NCBI GenBank assembly: GCA_918797485.1
Contig: CAKKNE010000001.1
Location: 1-64,000 of the forward strand
DNA length: 64,000 nt
Source: Pelagomonas calceolata
Lineage: Eukaryota
Reading direction: 5' to 3'
The translations under genes were made by a program, and so were the position numbers. Below, piece by piece: positions 56,364-64,000 of this stretch. The notes below the pieces were generated by a model. It was not told the origin of the DNA. It did not search any database and worked only from the letters and a program-made list of their open reading frames with translations. Each line of letters opens with the position of its first letter. Positions within the stretch are counted from its first letter, which is position 1.

Positions 56364-57519
56364 CTACGTCCGAGCCTGGAGTGCCCACAATGTTGTTCGC
56401 CATTCTGCCCTACCGCGGCGGCGGCTGCGGCGGGTCGTCGTCGCGCGCCGCGCCCCAAGGCGCCTCCGGCAGGACGCCACGGCGGCTCCTCCGGATCGAG
56501 GCCGCCGGCGATCATAGCGGTCGCGTCGCCTAGAGCCGACGCGTCGTCGCTGCAGGCCGCCAGGGCCTTTTCCAGCTCCGCGCGCGCGTCGTCCGTCTTC
56601 ACGGCGAAGTACTCTAGTACGTGCTGCTATCAGTAAATCGTCGTCGTAGTCGGCGCCCGCGCCGATCACGGCGTCGACGGCCGCTTCCAGCGCGCAGGCG
56701 TCTGTCGACGCGATGAGCCCGCGCAAATCGTCCCGCTTCTTTGGCAGAGACGGGTCGGACGGCGCTGGAGGCGGCGCGGCGCCAGAGCTTTTACACCGTT
56801 GGTCGCCGCGGATTCCGGCCATCTTCAGCGGACCGGGAATCGCGAGTCGGTTGATGGCCATGATCTTCTCGCGTTTTGAGGTTTCGCTGTGGCTCAGGAT
56901 GGCGTCGATGTCATGAGTTTCTGATCTAGGTGTTTCCACGGTCGCCGGATGGGGCGCTAACGGCAATGTGGCGGGCATCGGTGGTGATGCTGCCCTTACA
57001 GAAGGCCGCGTCCGCTGCGACGCCATCGACGCGCACCGCGGGGGTAGTCATCATCATCATTGAAGACACGCTCTCCTGCCTCCCGCCTGAACTGCGTGGA
57101 GTGTGAGGCGCGGCCCAGGCCTCGTTCGAGGACCGCGACATGGCCTCCGCGTCGCCCCGCAACCGGCGGAGGCACGCATCCAAAGCTTCGAGCCAGTTGG
57201 CAAAATCTCTAGGAGACTCCGCTCGGACCTTGAAAGTTTTCCTTGATCTACCATGAGCATCTTGGACGTCCCAGAGTTCAAAATAGTGCGTCGCCTCGCC
57301 CGGCTTCGGCCGGTGGCGGCCGCGCATGCTCACTGTCTCGGGCACGCGCACCGACGATTTCGCGGAGAGCCGCACGGTGCCCTTCTGATCCATCAAAGAG
57401 GGGTCCGCGTAGTAGTGGAGCTCGCACGTGTCGTTCTCGAGCAGGAACCAGCGTCGCTTCCAATTCCTACGCAGGCCGACCACCGAGCCGCCCTTTTTCA
57501 GCAGGAAGGAACTGACCAT
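56364..57519 (-). CDS. PH-domain protein; 3' structure uncertain
   Basis: FLLKKGG..RNWKRRWFLL..LHYY..KG.V.L..WLEAL. Confidence 0.75.
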
Positions 57520-58185
57520 GCCTGCGGCTTCGCGGGCAGCCTATGGCTGGTTTCTGTTCAAGCTTCGATCGATGGGGGATGGTTCCGTGCAGTATGACGA
57601 TCGATGGTGCGCTGTAAGTGCTTGTTGTGCTCGGGCAGCTTGATTGGTGGCCAGTGCTCGATCGTCGCGGGGCGCGACCCGCACGCAGGCGTCTCCGCGG
57701 CGGCGGCGTTGAGCTCCCGGTGCACGAGTACGGGGGTCGCGCTCGCTCGCCGCGGCGACCGCGAGGCGCGCGGCCGGCGGCGCTCGCGTCCTAGTGGCGT
57801 CGGCCGCCGGGAAGGCTCGTCGCACCCCGAGCGGGTCGCGGGGCCCAGGAAACGTCGGGTCACGCACCGGCTGCGTGACCCCCCCCTCGCCGTTGAGGCG
57901 AGGCCGCGAAGGAGAAGCTCTCCCAAAATTCGGCAGCCAAAACAACGACCTGGGAGTGAACCTGCCGTCGCACAACGAACTCAACCAGCTGCTCGCGCAC
58001 GCGGAGCTGGGCATCGACGCCGAGCAACACCTCCGGGCTCGGCCCCTCGCGCCGTGGCGCCTGCACACCTGGCTCCCCGCGGCGTGGAAGCGCATGCACG
58101 ACGACGCCCGAGCGCCGCTCTGTGAGCTCGCGTGAGACTGATATGTGTATGCGTTTGTAGCGCGCGGTTTGAGAGAAAGAACGCG

Positions 58186-58297
58186 ATAATCGTCGCCGCC
58201 GCCGCCGTCGCCGAACATGTCCATGCCGCCGCCCATGTCGACCTCTTCCTCCTCCTCCTCTTCCTTCTTCTCCTCCTCGGCCGCCGCGGCCCCGCCG

Positions 58298-58332
<35 letters not shown>

Positions 58333-58578
58333 CGATCCCGGCGCGCCGCACATGCAGTCGAGGTCGCCGGCGAGCGTCGCCGCCTTCGAGAACACCGACA
58401 CCCAGTGCGGCGCGACCGAGAGGCCCGCGGCCTTCAGCACGGCCTCGAACTTCTCGGGCGCGAACTTGTCGTCGCCCTCGCCGCACTGGTCGAGGACCAG
58501 CGCGGCGAGCGCGACGGCCTGCTCGTCCTTGTTCTGGTCCGCGAAGGACCAGGCCTTGGGGGCTTCTTCTTCCGCCAT
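58186..58578 (-). CDS. RPLP1: 60S acidic ribosomal protein P1
   Basis: LAALVL..VLKAAG..W..VF; Gly/Ala hinge; EEKKEEEEEEVDMGGGMDMFG..DDY. The expected stop codon is absent. Confidence 0.88.
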
Positions 58579-58715
58579 CTTTGTGTCGCCTTAAAAGACC
58601 TTTGAGCCTCGACGAGGCACTCGACCGCGTCTGTGCGCGAGTCAAGCGGTACCTACGGTTGCGAGGGGTGAGCTGCTTGCGTTTCGTGCGGCGCGCGAGC
58701 CTTTGTGTGTGTGCG

Positions 58716-58799
58716 GTGCGCGCGCGGCCGGCGAGGCACGTTTGCTCGTAAGCTGGAGTGCGCGCGCGGCCGGCGAGGCACCGCTTGCTCGTAAGCTGG
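58716..58799. repeat. Two-unit 42-bp tandem repeat upstream of RPLP1
   Basis: GTGCGCGCGCGGCCGGCGAGGCAC(G/CG)(T/C)TTGCTCGTAAGCTGG twice. Confidence 0.85.
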
Positions 58800-60110
58800 C
58801 TGCTGCCTTGTTTGGGTGCCGTGCGGCCGCCGGCGTGCAGCGATTCGAGCCACCGAGCAGCGATGGGTTGTCAGTAAGACGGTGCGACGAGCGATTGCGT
58901 CCGGTTTTGCGTAGCGGCTCTGTTAGACGCACCAAAAGACGGCGATGTCAAAGCGAGGCAAAATGGACAAAGGCCCGCGAGCCGCCCGCGAAGCCCTCCA
59001 GGCGAGCGCTCCAGCCGTGCGAGGTCTCGCTCAGACCGCTGGCAAAAGCAACAGGGCAAAACGCCCAGTCTCGCCCCGACGCGCGGCCACACGACTGCTT
59101 TAGGTCATCTTGGTTGTATAAGAACAAACTAAAGTTATGGAACCATGCTTCGGTCGGCGCGAACGACGCGCCGCCCACGTCTCGGATCCGCGACGTTCGA
59201 TATTGCGTAGCGGCGGCGGCGGACGCACCTTAAGCGGCGATGTCGAGCCTCGCTGCTCACTAGAGTACGCCGGGCCGCCGAAGCAGCCCTCTCGGACGCC
59301 AGGAGAGACCCGTGCGGCGAGCTGGGGGAGAACCCTCGAGCTCGGGACGCGTTGGACGGCTGAAATCAAAACTCGTTTAAACTCGCTGCAACTCGTCGAG
59401 CGCTCGCAGGTCGTCGCGGGCTGCCGTTCTGACGTCCAGACGGGTGTCGAGACGCTTATTAGGGGCTGCCTAGTTCCACCAATCTACACTCAAAATGTTG
59501 CTGGGCTGGTGAGGAGCCGCGTGGATAAGAACGCCTCCACGCGCCAACTAGCCCACGTGTAACAGATAGGACACGTTTAGGGCGCGGGCGAAGACGTTCT
59601 GCAGCGCTGGTGTCGCTGAGCGAATTCAAATCGGCTCAGCGGGCCCCCAAACAAGTTTAAAGCGCCTCGATTCGCGGCGCACCTCCAGGGTAGCGCCCAG
59701 GGCCCCGATTGAAAAAGGGGCCCGCAGCAAACATCTAAAGAAGTAGCGGCGCGCACCACGACCGCCGCGGGCCCGACAGCACCATTTTAAACACGGCCCA
59801 AGGCTACTCGCCGTACGGCGCGCCTTCGCCCACGGCGGCGGGCGGCCTCGGCGGCCCGGCGCCCCTCGACGACGGCGGCTGGGAGGCCGCGTGCGCGCTC
59901 GGCGTCCGACGTCCGCCGAGGGGCCTTTCTTGTCATGGAGAGTCTGTCGCGCCGGCGCGCGTTCGAACGGCGGCGCTCGAGGAAACTCTAGGATGGCCTT
60001 CCGACGGCCGTCCACTCGCGTTCCAACGCGTCCACACGCCGTCGACGATTTGTATACTACACAGGCGCCGCGCCCAGCAACCGCAAAGTCGCCAGGCCTA
60101 CGCCGACTCG

Positions 60111-62434
60111 ATGGCTTTGGCGGCCGCCTACGGCCGCCCGCCCGAGCCGCGCTACGAGCAGCCGGCGCCCACTTACGGGGATCCGGGGCCCTATCGGGCC
60201 CAGGAGCCGCTTCCTTCTCAGTTAGCGCGACCGGCAAAAAAGAAGCGGCCGCGAAGAAAGCACGGCGAGCTCGCGCGGGGCATCGTCCGAAGGCGCGAGG
60301 ACTGGGACGACCACTGCCTCATCGAGATGGACGACGGGTGCGTTTCCTGTGTTTGTCAACTTCAAGGCGCCTTCAACTCACAATGGTGGGGGCTTGCGGC
60401 GGCCGGCGCGCGGCGCGCGCATTGCCGGCGACGGCGCGGTGGCGCTGGTGTGAACTGGTGTGAACTGGTGGCCTCGCGTCACCGGCGCGCGCCGCGGCGC
60501 CGTCGACGCGCCGTCGTTTCTATGACGGTGTCGGCTCGACGGCGTGGCGGTTTTGCGACGTTGGCGCCATCGACGCGACGTCGTTCCCACGGCGTCGCCT
60601 CGATGGCGTCGAGGTGGACTTACCGTTGTCAGCGCGCCGTCGCGCACAACACACAACACACAACACACGCCGTCGCCGCACTACCACGACGCGAAAAGCG
60701 AACGCGTCCATCCCGACACAGGTTCGAGGACGTCTTCTGCCACCGCCACCGCTGCCAGGGCAAGCAATTGCCCGAGCAAGGGCAGGTCGTCGACTTCAAG
60801 CTCCATCTCTCCTCGAAAAGTCTGTGCTGGCAGAGCGGCTTCGTGACCTGGGAGGAGGGCGACATGGCCGAGCTCAAGCGGCCCGAGCCGCCGTTGGACA
60901 TCCCGCGAGCGCCGCGCCGTGCCGGAGCCGCGGGACGGGCGCCGCCTCCCCAAAGACAGGCGCCGTACGGCGGCTACTACGACCAGCGGCCGCGAGCGTC
61001 GTCCTTCGACGATCGGCGGGCGCGACTGCCGTCTGATCTCTCAGATGGTGTGACGGAAAGCTCAGACGCCTCGGACGCGGGGGCTACCAACAGCCACCGC
61101 CAAGACCGTCGCCGGCGGAGTTCGCGGATCGCGGGGCCGCGTCACTACTCGCGACGCTCGACGCGCCGGCCTGACGCCGCAGCAAAGACCACAACGGCCG
61201 GCACCGCTGCCCGACACGGAGCTCGCGTCGGACCTGCGGCAGCTGGGCCTCGCCGAACAGAGACCGCCCAAGACAGCCGGACCCGTCGCCGCCGTGGTTG
61301 GCGGGCATGCTCGACGAACCGGCGCAGCAGCCGCTCGGCGCCTTCGACCGCCCAGCAGCGGCGCAGCCGCCGCCGCCGCCCGGTCTAGCTGAAGCGGAGC
61401 CGACCTGGGCCTCCGCCGCGACGCGGCCCGCCGGCGCGCCGCCTTTACCAAGACCGCGGGCCTCGTCGGTGTCGTCCTCGGTCGCGTCCGACGGTGCTTC
61501 CGCTCTGGATCGCATCGCGCTCAAGGTCGTGCCCGTGGACGAGCAGAAGACGCCCTGGCTCGCGACGGCGGACTTACCCGCTAGAAGAGCAGCCCCGATC
61601 GAGCAGCTCCGGGCCCACACGCAAAGCGCCGTCGAGGCCGGGAATGCTTCCGCTATACAAAAGCTCAAGCGGCGAAGAGAAACGCGAAAGCGCGCGAAAC
61701 GCGGCGACCATTGTAGGGTCGAGGTGCGACCGCGCGACGGCGGCGGCGTCTTCGTGAGTGCTTATGGTGTCAACGCCGCGGGCGCGGGCGCCGCGCTCCG
61801 ACGCATGCTCACGGCCAATGCCGCTCTACTGGCCGGGCGCGACGTCGACGCCACGGCCGACGACACCCCCGAAACGCGCCAGAACCTAGGCTGGGCCGAG
61901 CTCGTTGCCCAACTCCGGTCGATACTGGCGCGGGGCGAGTCCCGCGGCATCTGCTGCAACCACCTGTCCAGAGCGTTCGAGCGGGACTTCGGTTCAGCAT
62001 TGGTCGAGACGCTCTTCGGCGACTACGAGTCCCTGGCCGCATTACTGAGAGCGCCTCAACTCAAAGACGTCGTCACGCTCGCCGAGCAGCCGGGCCGGCC
62101 GACCTCATGGTGCGCCTCGCTCAGACAGAGACGCCGGAGCGGGCCCAGCCGGCGGTCCGCGAGGCCCTACGTTCGTGGTCAGCTTAGAAAGGTACGAGGC
62201 CACCTTCGCGAGGACGTGAGCGTGCAAACTTTGGTGCGCATGACGGACGACGACCTGGCGCCTGCGGAAGCTTACCAAAGGGCCGCGGGTGCAGATCCTG
62301 GCCTGGGCGAGCCGCTGACTGATATCAACCCTATGCGTGTGCCGCGGGCTCCAGGCCTCCGGCGAAAAACGACCCCCCCCCATCGAGTCCCCCGCGCGGC
62401 GGCGATATGCTGCCGTGGACGGGACACCTATTAA
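60111..62434 (+). CDS. Putative RNA-binding protein: cold-shock/OB-like domain + OST-HTH/LOTUS domain; intron 60338-60721; frameshifts
   Basis: Spliced DDG|FEDVFCH..LPEQGQVVDF; later L.RAFERDFGSAL.E..FG.Y.SL..LL. Confidence 0.55.
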
Positions 62435-62636
62435 TAACCCCTATTATCTCGTGAATCTTTTTTGCCTTCGTCGATGGCGTGCTTGCCCCGATCCATTCCA
62501 CGTGGAACCCGATCCGGCGTCGTCGTCTGGCGCCGAGGTATATATGAATAGTTTACTTCGGATGCCTGAGAAACCCGTTTTTCCGCCTTACTTATTGGCC
62601 GAGACCCCTCCCTAGGCGCCGCGATAGTTCCCAGGC

Positions 62637-62662
62637 GCTAGTATGTCTTACTTGCCGCTAGC
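62637..62662 (+). promoter_or_regulatory. Conserved upstream palindrome, copy 9
   Basis: GCTAGTATGTCTTACTTGCCGCTAGC, upstream of SNF7. Confidence 0.65.
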
Positions 62663-63015
62663 TTTACAGCTTTACCAAGAGACAAAGATTAATTGGGGTT
62701 ACGCAGTGCGGGCCCACAGCTAGCCGGCGACGCGTTAACTGTTAGCCGGAACCCTCCTGCGTGACAGCTTTCAGCTCCGCAGACCAGCGCTCGCCTCCGC
62801 CCGCCGGAGAGAGCCGCTGCCTTGTCGAAACTTCGGCAGGTCTCAAGCGGACAGAGCGGCCGCGCGCGCCAGCCAGGGCGTGCGCTCAGCTCAGCTCGGG
62901 AGACAGACGCCGCGAGCCGCCGCGCGTCTACGAGGGGCGCCGCCGATCGCGGTCAGCCCTCCGGGACGCCACGATAGGCAACGACAGCAGCAAATCGTCG
63001 GGCCAGCCGGCAAAC

Positions 63016-63695
63016 ATGAACCTCTTCGGGCGGCGGCGGTCGAAGCCGCGGGGCGCCCCGGCGTCAGGACCCGGCGCAGACGATCGTGTCGTTGCGGGGC
63101 ACCCTCGACACGTTGGAAAAGCGCCAGGCCCACCTCGACAAGCAAATCGCCAAGCAGGTCGCGGAGGCCAAGGCGAAGATGGCCAAAAAGGACAAGCGCG
63201 GCGCTTTATTTTGCCTTAAAAAGAAGAAGATGTACGAAGCGGAAATCGAGAAACTGAACGGCGCGCGCCTGACCCTCGAGTCGCAGATCATCGCGCTCGA
63301 GGGCACGGTGACGAATGCGGACACCGTCGCGGCGATGAAATCGGGAGCGACCGCCATGAAGCACGCAGCTGGCTGATGTCGACGCCGACGCCGTGGGTGA
63401 TTTGATGGACGACATCCAGGAGGAGATGGCCACCGCCGACGAGATCTCGGCGGCGATCAGCGCTCCTGGCGGCGATTTGTTGGGAGATGACGAGCTGCTC
63501 GACGAGCTCAACGAGCTCGAGGAGCACGAGCTCGAAAGTCAATTATTGGACGCGCCGCCGATCCCCGTGGCGCCCCTGCCCGATGCACCGCTCTCAATGC
63601 CTGCGGTTCCGACGCAGCCGCCGGCCGCACCCGCGAAACAGGAAGATGCGGATCTCGCCGCGCTGCGGGAGCTCGAGGCGGCGATGGCGATGTAG
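63016..63695 (+). CDS. SNF7: ESCRT-III subunit Snf7/Vps32 (CHMP4); frameshifted
   Basis: MNLFG; LEKRQ.HL; KRGALFCLKKKKMYE; TLESQIIALE; LMDDIQEE..EIS.AIS; ELLDELNELE. Confidence 0.92.
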
Positions 63696-64000
63696 TCCTC
63701 GGAGTAACGATTGACCTTTGTAGCTCGTGTCTTTTCGCGCGCAGCCGTGTTTGCTCTTACTACCCCTAGTCTAACCCTTAAGATGGATAAGATGGATGTT
63801 ACATCGGCCTGCAAGAGTCTACCGCGCTGGTGCCGGGAGGGGGGAAGCGGGCAGCAGAAGGAAACCTAAAACCCCCCGCATGCAGCAGTTTCTCCCTGAA
63901 GTACTGCGTAAAGCGCAGATTAGTCGTCGTTCGAGGCTCTCGACGTAGAATATCCATCAGCATAGGTCCTTGAACACCGGGCGGGTTGTGAACGACCAAA

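Noticed and set aside
57541..58185. C-terminal extension or readthrough of RPLP1 (345-aa ORF)
   Set aside because: Homology ends at DDY and the extension looks like antisense or UTR sequence. A lost stop through a sequence error is more likely.
63760..63782. Telomere-like CCCTA/CTAACCCT sequence
   Set aside because: Only one or two imperfect units; not an array.

Overview
This is gene-dense, GC-rich eukaryotic nuclear DNA, most likely from a pelagophyte alga such as Pelagomonas or Aureococcus. That assignment is an inference from the TIR/8-bp-TSD introner introns, GC-AG splice sites, MYND-RINGv-TPR and DUF285 genes, and heterokont-type plastid presequences. About 30 protein genes are recognisable. 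They include U1-C, a mitochondrial carrier, an EXS protein, eIF4E, a CAMK kinase, an SOS1-like antiporter, FTR, FDXR, ubiquitin-S30, a phytyl-ester-synthase-like protein, RPLP1 and SNF7. Many have small frameshifts that are probably assembly indels. The most interesting signal is non-coding: a 24-bp imperfect palindrome, GCTAGTGTCTTACAGGCCGCTAGC, recurs at least 9 times, each time 110-350 bp upstream of a start codon. It appears to be the insertion target of a site-specific CRE-like (restriction-like endonuclease) non-LTR retroelement system. The parts seen here are: a 5'-truncated endonuclease ORF fused to the motif; a copy carrying a 598-codon cargo ORF between CTAG junctions; a 1.6-kb non-coding insert with a 24-bp target duplication that cuts through the motif; a 78-bp mini-copy with its own 13-bp TSD; and a degenerate fourth copy. 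The three copies with a host gene directly upstream, and the 1.6-kb insert, lie head-to-head with that gene. No database searches were run, so all protein family calls come from motif recognition.
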